Source: Dehalococcoidia bacterium
GTDB lineage: Bacteria; Chloroflexota; Dehalococcoidia; UBA2979
Length of the DNA: 64,000 bases
Assembly (NCBI GenBank): GCA_965262725.1
Contig: OZ253555.1
Location: 2,656,001 to 2,720,000, forward strand
Reading direction: 5' to 3'
Part shown: positions 27,975 through 36,486 of the stretch, piece after piece
Numbering within the stretch: the stretch's first letter is position 1
Layout of the letters: every line of letters begins with the position of its first letter
The notes under the pieces: generated by a model
Database searches by the model: none
What the model was told of the DNA's origin: nothing
Seen by the model: the letters and a program-made list of their open reading frames with translations, nothing else
Program-made: the position numbers and the translations under genes

Positions 27975-28874
27975 ATGCGCGCAGGAATCCAGGGCCTCGG
28001 ATGGCTCGTGCGGCGCACCGCCGACCCCCAGGGCCTCGGCGCCTTCTACCGCGACGTAGTCGGACTTCCCGTCCTGCGCACGCACGGCGCGACCACCGTG
28101 TTCTGGTGCGGGGAGACGGTGGTGATGGGGATCAACGAGGGCGGCCGGCCGCAGCGGCGCTACCGCGACCGCAGCGAGGCGCCGTTCATGCCCGTCTTCC
28201 GCGTGCGATCGATGGAGCGCGCGACCACGCTGCTCCGCGAGCGCGGCGTGGAGTTCGTCAACGACCCATTTCCGATCGGGGGCGGGGAGGGCATCCTCGC
28301 CTACTTCCGGGATCCCGGCGGCCACATCACCGGCCTCCAGGAGCGGAACGAAGTGAGCGGGCGGCCCAAGGATGTGGAGTGGCGCAGGCGGCGCGACTCG
28401 GGCGAGCTCGCCGTGCACGACGCGCCCGATCTCGACGGGGAGATCGACGGGCTCGGATGGATCGTCGTGCGCTGCACCGACCTTCCCCGGCAGGTCGCCT
28501 TCTACCGCGACATCCTGGGCTTCGACCTGCTGATGCAGGGCGAGCGCGCCGCCCTGCTCGACATCGGGGGAACGATGACGCTCGAGGTCGCGCTCGGCTG
28601 CCCGCCCGAACCCCTCCCCACCGATCGCGGTGAGGTCCCGGACACCTTCGTGCTGCGTGTCGACGACGCCACGGCGCTGGGGGCCGAGCTCGAGGCGGTC
28701 GGCGTGCGCCGCGTCGGCCCGACCCACCGCACCGAGGACGGCGGGGGCTCCATCCACTACTACCTGGACCCGGAGAACCACCTCGTCGGCATCCAGACCC
28801 GCTCCGCAGAGAGCACACGCATGGAGGACATCGAGGCCAGACGCCGCCGGGCGCTCGGGCCCGTCGTGACCTAG
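27975..28874 (+). CDS. Two-domain VOC/glyoxalase family protein
   Basis: Two repeats GLGW.V.R..D.....AFYRD..G ... Y..DP..H..G.Q. Confidence 0.85.
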   Translation: MRAGIQGLGWLVRRTADPQGLGAFYRDVVGLPVLRTHGATTVFWCGETVVMGINEGGRPQRRYRDRSEAPFMPVFRVRSMERATTLLRERGVEFVNDPFPIGGGEGILAYFRDPGGHITGLQERNEVSGRPKDVEWRRRRDSGELAVHDAPDLDGEIDGLGWIVVRCTDLPRQVAFYRDILGFDLLMQGERAALLDIGGTMTLEVALGCPPEPLPTDRGEVPDTFVLRVDDATALGAELEAVGVRRVGPTHRTEDGGGSIHYYLDPENHLVGIQTRSAESTRMEDIEARRRRALGPVVT

Positions 28875-28909
28875 GGCCGGAGCGGGCGCGAGCCGGAGGG
28901 GGGAGATCC

Positions 28910-29860
28910 GTGGCGGACGTGCAGACGGCGACGGGACCGGTCGATGCCAGCGAGCTGGGCGTCACGCTCTCCCACGAGCACCTCTTCATCCACTCGACGG
29001 GCCTCCAGCACCAGTACCCCTGGCTCTACGACCGGGAGGCCGCCATCGAGCACGTGGCGCTCGAGCTGAAGGATGCGGCCGACGCGGGAGTCGGTACGCT
29101 CATCGACGTCACGACGCCGGATCTTGGCCGCGACGTCGAGATGCTCGCCGAGGTATCGCGCCGCTCGGGTGTCCGGGTGATCGTCGCGACGGGGATCTGG
29201 CTTGAGATCCCACGCCTCTTCCAGCAGCGCTGGGACGGGCGGAATGGCGCCGACGCCGACGAGACGGCCGAGATCTTCGCGCGCGAGATCGAGCGCGGCG
29301 CGGCCGGCACGTCGGTGCGCGCCGGCGTCATCAAGGTGGCGAACAACCGACCGCCCGGGATCGGCGAGCCGGAGGAGACGATCCTGCGGGGCGCGGCGCG
29401 CGCCGCGCGCCGCACGAACGTGCCGATCTCAACGCACACGAGCCCCTACGACATCGGGCGCGACCAGATGCGCGTCTTCGCCGACGAGGAGGTGCCGCCT
29501 CATCTCGTCGCCATCGGCCACGCCTTCACCGACGACCTCGACTATCTGCGCGCCGTGCTGTCCGCCGGCCACTACCTCTCGATCGACCACTTCGGGCGCG
29601 ACCGGGAGGAGGAGCCGGCAGTGCTCGACGCCGTCGCGGCGCTCTGCGCCGAGGGCCACGCCCCGCGGCTGATGCTGGGCCACGACTGGGGCGGCGAGAT
29701 GGACTGGCGCCCGCACGGAGCGCACGAGCCGCCCTCCACCTGGCGCTATGTGCCGGAGCGCGGTCGCGCGGAGCTCGAGCGCCGGGGCGTCTCCCAGGAC
29801 GACATCGAGGCGACGCTCATCCGCGGTCCCGCGGCATTCCTCAGCGGGGACGCCCCGTGA
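28910..29860 (+). CDS. Phosphotriesterase family metallohydrolase
   Basis: VQTATGPV, LGVTLSHEH, DLGRD, IVATG, GVIKVA, ISTHT, IGH, LGHD (complete binuclear ligand set). Confidence 0.93.
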   Translation: MADVQTATGPVDASELGVTLSHEHLFIHSTGLQHQYPWLYDREAAIEHVALELKDAADAGVGTLIDVTTPDLGRDVEMLAEVSRRSGVRVIVATGIWLEIPRLFQQRWDGRNGADADETAEIFAREIERGAAGTSVRAGVIKVANNRPPGIGEPEETILRGAARAARRTNVPISTHTSPYDIGRDQMRVFADEEVPPHLVAIGHAFTDDLDYLRAVLSAGHYLSIDHFGRDREEEPAVLDAVAALCAEGHAPRLMLGHDWGGEMDWRPHGAHEPPSTWRYVPERGRAELERRGVSQDDIEATLIRGPAAFLSGDAP

Positions 29861-30375
29861 GCGGGCCGGAGAGGGAGCCACTCTCCGCGGCCGCGATCCG
29901 CGAGCAGATCGCCCGGGCGGGGGTGCGCTTCGTCGCCGCCCTCCCCGATATCACGACGAGCGAGCACGTGCTGAAGCCGATGCTCACCGACCCCTCCCTC
30001 CGCGTGGTGCAGGTGTGCAAGGAGGACGAGGGGCTGTCGATCTGCGCCGGGCTCTATGCGGGCGGCGAGCGCGCCGTTCTGATGATGCAGCACACGGGGC
30101 TGCTCGACTCGATCAACTGCCTCCGCGCCGTCGGCGTCGAGGGGGAGAATCCCGTCTGCATGCTCGTCGGCCTGCTGAGGAACGAGCCCGGCGTGCCGCC
30201 TTCGCAGTCGCCGCGCTACGGGCTCCGCATCGTGCAGCCAATCCTGGGCGCCATGGGCATCGAGAACGAGTTACTCGAGTTCGGGGGCGACGAGGAACGC
30301 ATCGGACCCGCCATCGACCGGGCCTACGAGCGCAGGCGCCCCGTCGTCCTGCTGATCGGAGGGGAGCCGGTCTGA
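29857..30375 (+). CDS. Split TPP-dependent decarboxylase alpha subunit (ComD / phosphonopyruvate decarboxylase-like)
   Basis: FVAALPD, KEDEGLSICAG, MMQHTGLLDSIN; GTGA overlap with the PTE gene. Confidence 0.82.
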   Translation: MSGPEREPLSAAAIREQIARAGVRFVAALPDITTSEHVLKPMLTDPSLRVVQVCKEDEGLSICAGLYAGGERAVLMMQHTGLLDSINCLRAVGVEGENPVCMLVGLLRNEPGVPPSQSPRYGLRIVQPILGAMGIENELLEFGGDEERIGPAIDRAYERRRPVVLLIGGEPV

Positions 30376-30977
30376 TGACGATGAAACGCGACCAGATGCT
30401 GCGCGCCCTTGCACGGCACCGCACGGACGAGGTGGTGGTCGCTGTCTACCGCGCGGCCACCGAGCTCATTCACATCGATCCCTCAGAGCTGAACTACACC
30501 TTCAACGCCGCGATGGGGCAGGCCTCCTCGGCGGCTCTCGGCATCGCGCTGGCGCGACCTGATCGCAAGGTCGTGGTGCTCGATGGCGACGGGAGCTTGC
30601 TGATGAACCTCGGCACGCTCGTGACGATCGCCGATGCAGAGCCGGCGAACCTGCTGCACTGCGTCTGCTCCAACGGCACCTACGAGACGAACGGCGCGGT
30701 TCCCGTGCCGGGGTGGGGGCGAGCCTCGTTCCCCGATCTCGCGCTCGCCGCCGGCTACCGCGACGCGCGCCGCATCGACAGCGTCGAGGAGTGGGATCAG
30801 GCGCTGCCGGAGCTCCTCGCTGCGGAGGGGCCCGTGCTCGTCGACGTCGTCGTCGAGCCCGGCGAGGAGACCTGGCCCGACGACTTCCGCACGCTGCACT
30901 CCACCGAGAGGCGTGATCGCTTCATCGAAGCACTCGCCGCGGGCGCGCGACCGGCAACCGCCTCGGAGCGCCCGTGA
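30375..30977 (+). CDS. Split TPP-dependent decarboxylase beta subunit (ComE-like)
   Basis: TGATG coupling; MGQASSAALGIALARPDRKVVVLDGDGSLLMNLG...NGTYETNG TPP motif. Confidence 0.88.
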   Translation: MTMKRDQMLRALARHRTDEVVVAVYRAATELIHIDPSELNYTFNAAMGQASSAALGIALARPDRKVVVLDGDGSLLMNLGTLVTIADAEPANLLHCVCSNGTYETNGAVPVPGWGRASFPDLALAAGYRDARRIDSVEEWDQALPELLAAEGPVLVDVVVEPGEETWPDDFRTLHSTERRDRFIEALAAGARPATASERP

Positions 30978-31008
30978 CTCCCACCTCCTCGGCCGTCGCG
31001 TGTCCGGG

Positions 31009-31953
31009 GTGAGCGGGGCGGCGCTCCCGATCCGGGACCACGACCCCACTCGCGGATCCGCGCCTCTGGACGGGGTGCTGACCGCGATTGCGAGCGCGGT
31101 CTCCGAGGTCGACTCCCTTCTGCGCGCCGGCGCCCGGGATTCGGCCCGCACTGCGGCCCCCGGCTCGCGCAACGCCTTCGGCGATGAGCAGGTCGCCGAG
31201 GACCTCGAGGCCGACGAGATCTTCGCGAGGCATCTGGCAGGGGCGTCGGTGCGCGAGATCTTCTCCGAGGAGTCGCACCGCGTGCTCGCGACAGGTGCGC
31301 GCGGCGAGGCGTACCGGGTCGTTCTCGACCCGCTGGACGGCTCCTCCAACGTCGAGGTCGACGAGACCGTCGGGAGCATCTTCGGCGTGTACCCGGCAAC
31401 CGGTCCGTGGCCGGCGCCGGGTACGTCCCAGATCGCTGCGGGGTACGCCCTGTACGGGCTCCGAACGCTGCTGGTCATTGCGACGGGCGACGAGTACTAC
31501 GAACTGGCGCTGGATCTCACCGAGAGGTGCTACACGCTCACGGCGACGAGCCCTCCCGCGGCACTGCGAAGCGAGGGGGCGGTGTACAGCGTGAACGAGA
31601 GCCGGAGCTCCGGGTGGTCCGATGCGACACGGGAGGTCGCCCGCCGGCTCGGCCACGGCCGAAGCCTGAGATACGCCGGCTGCCTCGTAGCGGATTTCCA
31701 CCGCATTCTCCACAAGGGCGGGATCTTCGCGTACCCGTCCAACCGCGAACACCCGGACGGAAAGCTCCGGTTGCTCTACGAAGCGGCTCCTCTGGCGCTC
31801 ATCGCGCGTCGAGCCGGCGGCGGCGCGACGACGGGCTGCGAGGAGATCCTGGCCGTGAGGCCGCGAACTGTTGACGACCTCGTCCCTCTGTACATCGGCG
31901 GGGCGAGGGAGATCGGAATCGTGAGCGAGATGCTCGGAGGGCGGTCATCGTGA
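31009..31953 (+). CDS. fbp: Fructose-1,6-bisphosphatase class I
   Basis: NAFGDEQ, SEE, DPLDGSSN, VGSIFG, AAGYALYG, LRYAGCLVADFHR, GKLRLLYE; start approximate. Confidence 0.92.
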   Translation: MSGAALPIRDHDPTRGSAPLDGVLTAIASAVSEVDSLLRAGARDSARTAAPGSRNAFGDEQVAEDLEADEIFARHLAGASVREIFSEESHRVLATGARGEAYRVVLDPLDGSSNVEVDETVGSIFGVYPATGPWPAPGTSQIAAGYALYGLRTLLVIATGDEYYELALDLTERCYTLTATSPPAALRSEGAVYSVNESRSSGWSDATREVARRLGHGRSLRYAGCLVADFHRILHKGGIFAYPSNREHPDGKLRLLYEAAPLALIARRAGGGATTGCEEILAVRPRTVDDLVPLYIGGAREIGIVSEMLGGRSS

Positions 31954-32837
31954 GCACTCCAACGTCCGGCGTCGCCGTGAGGCTCGGGAGATTGCGCTCG
32001 GCCGACGCCGGCGGCGCCATTCTGGTACTCCCCTACGACCACGGGCTTGAGCATGGACCGGTCGACTTCCTGGAGCACGAGTGGGGCTCCCGCACGGCGT
32101 CCATCTTCGAGCTGTCGAGTCGAACCGCCATCGCGGCGGTCGCGGCCCATCTCGGGCTGGTCGGTCGCTACTACCGGGGGACCGAGCCGAACGTCGGCCT
32201 CATCGTCAAGCTGAACGGGAAGACAAGCATCCCGGAGGCATCGGCGCCGCTCTCGCCGCTCACCGGATCCGTCGAGGAGGCCGTCCGCGCGGGCGCCGAC
32301 GCCATCGGCTACACGCTGTATGTCGGCTCCGCCGCCCAGGAGCAGGATCTCCGCCAGCTCGCAGACGTCCGGCGCGACTGCGAGCGTCTCGGGATGCCGC
32401 TCGTCGTGTGGTCCTATCCCCGCGGCCGGTTCGTCGACGCGGCCGGTGGGCGAGATTCGCTGTACGCCGTCGACTACGCGGCGAGAGTCGCCCTGGAGAT
32501 GGGCGCGGACGTCATCAAGATCAACCTCCCGCGGAGACACGATCCCGAGCTCGGCACGCCCCCGTCCCCCTACCTCGAGCTCGAGGCGGACCGCTCGCTC
32601 ATGGCGCGGCGGGTCGTCGAGTCGTGTGGCGAGGCCGCCGCGATCTTCTCCGGCGGCTCCCATCGCGACGACGAGCGGTTCCTCGACGACGTGCGGCTCG
32701 CGTTCGCCGCGGGAGCCTCGGGCATGATCGCCGGGCGCAACGTCTTCCAGCGCCCGATGGAGGAGGCTGAACAGCTTATCGCGGCGGTGAGCCGCATCGC
32801 CCGGGAGGCCGGACCCGGGCGCGACGGGCATCCATAG
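31950..32837 (+). CDS. fbaB: Class I fructose-bisphosphate aldolase (DhnA/FbaB type)
   Basis: PYDHGLEHGP, VKLNGKT, WSYPRG, GADVIK (Schiff-base Lys), FSGG, GRNVFQRP; GTGA overlap with fbp. Confidence 0.9.
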   Translation: MSTPTSGVAVRLGRLRSADAGGAILVLPYDHGLEHGPVDFLEHEWGSRTASIFELSSRTAIAAVAAHLGLVGRYYRGTEPNVGLIVKLNGKTSIPEASAPLSPLTGSVEEAVRAGADAIGYTLYVGSAAQEQDLRQLADVRRDCERLGMPLVVWSYPRGRFVDAAGGRDSLYAVDYAARVALEMGADVIKINLPRRHDPELGTPPSPYLELEADRSLMARRVVESCGEAAAIFSGGSHRDDERFLDDVRLAFAAGASGMIAGRNVFQRPMEEAEQLIAAVSRIAREAGPGRDGHP

Positions 32838-33008
32838 GTCGGTCGACCTCTCGCTGCCTCGTCACGCGGGCCCGATGTCGGTCAGGCGGGGTCCGCCTCC
32901 CGTGACAGGGGAGGTTCGCCAGTCTCGCGGGGCGAGTCCTGGGCAAGGGAGTCGGCGACCGCGAGCCCGCCGGGAGACCGTGCGAGGGGCGCCCTGCGAC
33001 GCCGATGA

Positions 33009-33875
33009 CTAGCGGGTGGCGGCGAGTGTCGTCGACGCCGCATCGGCCGGCCAGCCGAGGTACTCGCAGGCGGTGCCGCCGAGGATCAACTCGAGGTCGG
33101 CGGGCGTCACAAAGTCGAGCGCCTCGCTCCACAGCCGCAGCTCCTCGGCGTAGGATGCACGTCCGCGGCGAAGCGTCTGCGTGTGGTCGGTCGCCCACAT
33201 CATCCGGTCCGGCCCGAACAGCTCGTACGCCGCCCGCGCCACCTCGTGCACCTCGGGAAACGGGTAGCCCCGCGTCGAGCGCGCGGGGAGCGTCGAGAGT
33301 TTCACCACCACCCCGGGGTAGCGCGCGAGCCGGCGCATCGGCTCCAGATCCTCGAGGCGGAACCCCGCGTCGATCTGCGGCAGTCCCAGGTGATCGAGGA
33401 GGAGACGAAGCGCGGGGTGGCGCACCAGCAGCCCCTCGACGTACTCGGCCTCGCCTGCGGCGAAGACGGCGACGGGCACCTCGTGGCGCTCGCATGCCGC
33501 CCAGAAGGGCTCCGCCGCCTCGTCCGGGCCCCAGCGCGCGCGCTGGCGCAGGTTCACGTGCGTGCGGATGCCCAGCATCCCCGGCTGCCTGAGCCAGTCT
33601 CCGACGCGCTCCGCCGACCCCGGCGCGCCCGGTAGCAGCAGCCCCATCACTGCGAAGCGATCCGGATAGCGCTCCGCGCACTCAAGCGCGTAGTCGTTGT
33701 GGGGATCCATGAATCCGGGCGGGACGATCACCACCCGGTCGACGCCGGCCTCCTCCATCAGGGGGATCATCTGCTCCGGGCCGAACGGCTGGGAGAGGTT
33801 GGGATCGCTGATGCCGTTGTAGGGGCGGTCGGGGCGCGCCTCCTCCCAGAAGTGGACCTGAGTGTCGACGATCAC
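33009..33875 (-). CDS. Amidohydrolase_2 family protein (lactonase-like)
   Basis: IVDTQVHFW, AGVDRVVIVPP, NDYAL, LDHLG, VKLS, FGPDRMMWATD; GTGA overlap with upstream gene. Confidence 0.9.
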   Translation of the reverse strand: MIVDTQVHFWEEARPDRPYNGISDPNLSQPFGPEQMIPLMEEAGVDRVVIVPPGFMDPHNDYALECAERYPDRFAVMGLLLPGAPGSAERVGDWLRQPGMLGIRTHVNLRQRARWGPDEAAEPFWAACERHEVPVAVFAAGEAEYVEGLLVRHPALRLLLDHLGLPQIDAGFRLEDLEPMRRLARYPGVVVKLSTLPARSTRGYPFPEVHEVARAAYELFGPDRMMWATDHTQTLRRGRASYAEELRLWSEALDFVTPADLELILGGTACEYLGWPADAASTTLAATR

Positions 33876-34726
33876 GGCCCCGCCCCCGCGGGTGAGTGCC
33901 GCTCGGGCGTGCGCTCGAGCCACCGCAACAGCGCGCCCGCGAACGCCGCCGGCTGCTCCAGCGGCGGCGCATTCGCGCAGTCCGGCACGACCTCGTGCGT
34001 TGACTCCGCGATGCCGCGAAGGAACGTCTCGACAGGCTCCTCGCGCGTGCTGTGCTCGCCGGTGAGGAGCAGCGTCGGCACCACGATCCGGGGGAGCCTT
34101 TCGATCAGCTCGTAGTGGATCAGCGCGTGGTACGCCTCCCGCTGATGCGCGCCGGAGCGCAGCGAGTCGACGTAGAGCACAAACGCCTGCTCCGTGGTCA
34201 GCCGGCCCCCGAAGCCCCGGGAGATCTGCCGCCACCGAGCCGCCAGCGCCTCGCCATCCGCGTCGACCTCCCAGCGGCCTCCGATGTAGCCGCGCGCCTG
34301 CCGCTCCGGCGTGTTGAAGCGGCCCGGCTCACAGAGCACGAGGCGCGAGACCCGCTCGGGGAAGTGGATCGCGGCCGCCGCGGCGATGATCGACCCGGTC
34401 GAGAGCCCGACGATCGTCGCCCGCGAGATCCCGAGCCCGTCGAGAAGCCAGGTCACGGACTCCGCATAGTCCTCCATGCGGGGGGAGGCGCCGAGAGAGT
34501 CCGAATCCCCGTAGCCCATCGTGTCCATCGCCACCGCGCGGTAGCCGGCCTCCGCGACGTGGGGAAGCAGCTCCCCGTAGACGCGCGAGGAGCCCGGCGT
34601 CATGTGCAGGCAGAGGACGGGAGCGCCCGATCCTTCCTCCGCCGCGGCCTGCGCCCGGAGCGCCTCGCGGTAATGGATCTGCCCCGCGGCCGTCGACACG
34701 AAACCCCGCATCGCCGCGATCGACAC
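33872..34726 (-). CDS. Alpha/beta hydrolase-fold protein with degenerate triad (paralogue D)
   Basis: RGFV...GQIHYRE, HMTP, GYGDSD, GLSTG, PERVSRLVL, PTLLLTGEHS, DCANAP. Confidence 0.85.
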   Translation of the reverse strand: MSIAAMRGFVSTAAGQIHYREALRAQAAAEEGSGAPVLCLHMTPGSSRVYGELLPHVAEAGYRAVAMDTMGYGDSDSLGASPRMEDYAESVTWLLDGLGISRATIVGLSTGSIIAAAAAIHFPERVSRLVLCEPGRFNTPERQARGYIGGRWEVDADGEALAARWRQISRGFGGRLTTEQAFVLYVDSLRSGAHQREAYHALIHYELIERLPRIVVPTLLLTGEHSTREEPVETFLRGIAESTHEVVPDCANAPPLEQPAAFAGALLRWLERTPERHSPAGAGP

Positions 34727-34833
34727 GCGGATCTCCCTTCACGCCGTGCCGCGTCGGCCAGCCTCCGCGGCGCGCGCTATCATGCCGCACCTGGGACCGC
34801 CGCGCCTGCGGCGGCGCAAGCGAAGGGAATCCG

Positions 34834-35241
34834 ATGTTCACCGGCATCCGCGGCGTCTTCATACGGGTCGCAGACCTCGAGGAGGCGACGGAGCGCTACC
34901 TCAGGCTCTTCGGCGGGAAGCTCACGCAGCGGCACGCCTTCGAGGATCTCGGCTTCGACACGTCGGTCATCACCTACGACAACGGCACATACATCGAGCT
35001 CATCTCGCCGCTCGATGAGGAGGGGCCGGTTGCGCGCGCGCTCCGGTCGCGCGGCGAAGGGCTGCACCAGATCTCCTTCGACAACGAGGATCCCCGGGCA
35101 TGCCTGGAGCACCTGCGCGACAGCGAGGTGAGGCTCGTGAACGATCCGGGCCGAGGCAAGCCGGTCACGCAGCAGATCTTCGTGCACCCACGCGACGTCA
35201 ACGGCGTCCTGGTGCAGGTCGCCAACACGCCGTTCGACTAG
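34834..35241 (+). CDS. VOC family protein (methylmalonyl-CoA epimerase-like fold)
   Basis: V.DLEEA..RY, IELISPL, RGEGLHQISF, FVHPRDVNGVLVQV. Confidence 0.88.
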   Translation: MFTGIRGVFIRVADLEEATERYLRLFGGKLTQRHAFEDLGFDTSVITYDNGTYIELISPLDEEGPVARALRSRGEGLHQISFDNEDPRACLEHLRDSEVRLVNDPGRGKPVTQQIFVHPRDVNGVLVQVANTPFD

Positions 35242-35262
35242 CGCAGCCGCCGGGAGTCGCCC

Positions 35263-36168
35263 ATGACCGATAGCGCCATCCGGCGTCGCCTGATCGAGAG
35301 CCCGGACGGCTATATCGAGAGCCGCGAGCTCGGTCCGAGGGTGCGCACCCCCGGGCCCGAGCCCGAGCCGCTCCTGCTCGTTCACTCCACGCCGGGGGCG
35401 GCGCAGAGCTTCGACTCGCTGCTTCCGCTCCTCGCGGGGGAGCGGCGCGTGGTCGCGCTCTCGACGCCCGGCTACGGCGCATCGGACCGGCCAGCCGAGC
35501 CCTACACCACGCTCGGCCAGTACGCGCGCGCGCTCGTGTGGGGGCTCGACGGTCTCGGCATCCGGCAGGTCTCCCTCTTCGGAGCGCAGACCGGATCCCT
35601 GCTCGCGGCCGAGTTTGCCGCCGCCTATCCGGAGCGCACGGTACGCCTCGCCATCGAGGAGCCCTTCCACTGGGGAACGCCCGAGCGGCGGGAGGCTCTG
35701 CTGCGCACGCACAGCTACGAACCCGCGCAGCCCGACGGGTCTCACCTGCTCGCGCTCTGGCGACGCACGTGGCGCCACCACGAGCGGCAGCGCGCGCAGA
35801 GGCGCCGCAACGGGAGCGCCCTTGCCGAGCAGGACCTCGAACCCGTCGCGGAGAGCATCCTGCAAACGCTCCGCGTCAATTCGGCAGCGGGGGCCGAGGT
35901 CTACGGGAGTGCGGGCTGGCTCGGCGCCGCTCCCTACGCGATGGGGAACTACGACACGTGGACACGCGTCGCCGCGATCCGGGCGCCGACCCTGGTGATC
36001 CACGGGACGATGAGCCAGCTCGGCCGCGCGCACGAGCGATTCGTTGAGGTCATCCCCAACGCGCGCGGACTCCGCCTCCCGTCGGACGGCAACTTCCTCC
36101 CCAACCAGGCGCCGGAGCTCTTCGCGTCGGAGCTTCTCGCGTTTCTCGACGAGGAGCGGAAGGGCTAG
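35263..36168 (+). CDS. Alpha/beta hydrolase-fold protein lacking the catalytic triad (paralogue B)
   Basis: HSTP, PGYGASD, GAQTG elbow, YPER, PTLVIHGTMS. Confidence 0.85.
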   Translation: MTDSAIRRRLIESPDGYIESRELGPRVRTPGPEPEPLLLVHSTPGAAQSFDSLLPLLAGERRVVALSTPGYGASDRPAEPYTTLGQYARALVWGLDGLGIRQVSLFGAQTGSLLAAEFAAAYPERTVRLAIEEPFHWGTPERREALLRTHSYEPAQPDGSHLLALWRRTWRHHERQRAQRRRNGSALAEQDLEPVAESILQTLRVNSAAGAEVYGSAGWLGAAPYAMGNYDTWTRVAAIRAPTLVIHGTMSQLGRAHERFVEVIPNARGLRLPSDGNFLPNQAPELFASELLAFLDEERKG

Positions 36169-36486
36169 GCTCCTCCCGTCTCAGGTTCGCCTACGAGATC
36201 GAGCACGCCGTCCGCCTCCCGGGCTCGATTGCGACGGGATGCGGAGAGAGAGGTGAGGGTCCCGGCACGCTCAAGCTCGGCGATGCCAAGACGGCCTCGC
36301 CCTCTACGCCCGCAGCCGCCCAGCCAAGCCAATCCAGCCATGCGCTGCCGGCCGCGGCGACCAGGCCGTGGGGGCGTCTCCCCCGTGGGCCTGGGCAATG
36401 CCGCTGTCCGCAGCCACCCCTGCCCTGCCTCTGTGCTACGGTCCGGCCGCGCCCGGAGGCGCGCTGTGGCGGCGAGGGTAGTTGAG

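Noticed and set aside
32838-33008. Possible ncRNA between the convergent fba and amidohydrolase genes
   Set aside because: No SRP, tmRNA, RNase P or 6S signature recognised; only short GC stems.
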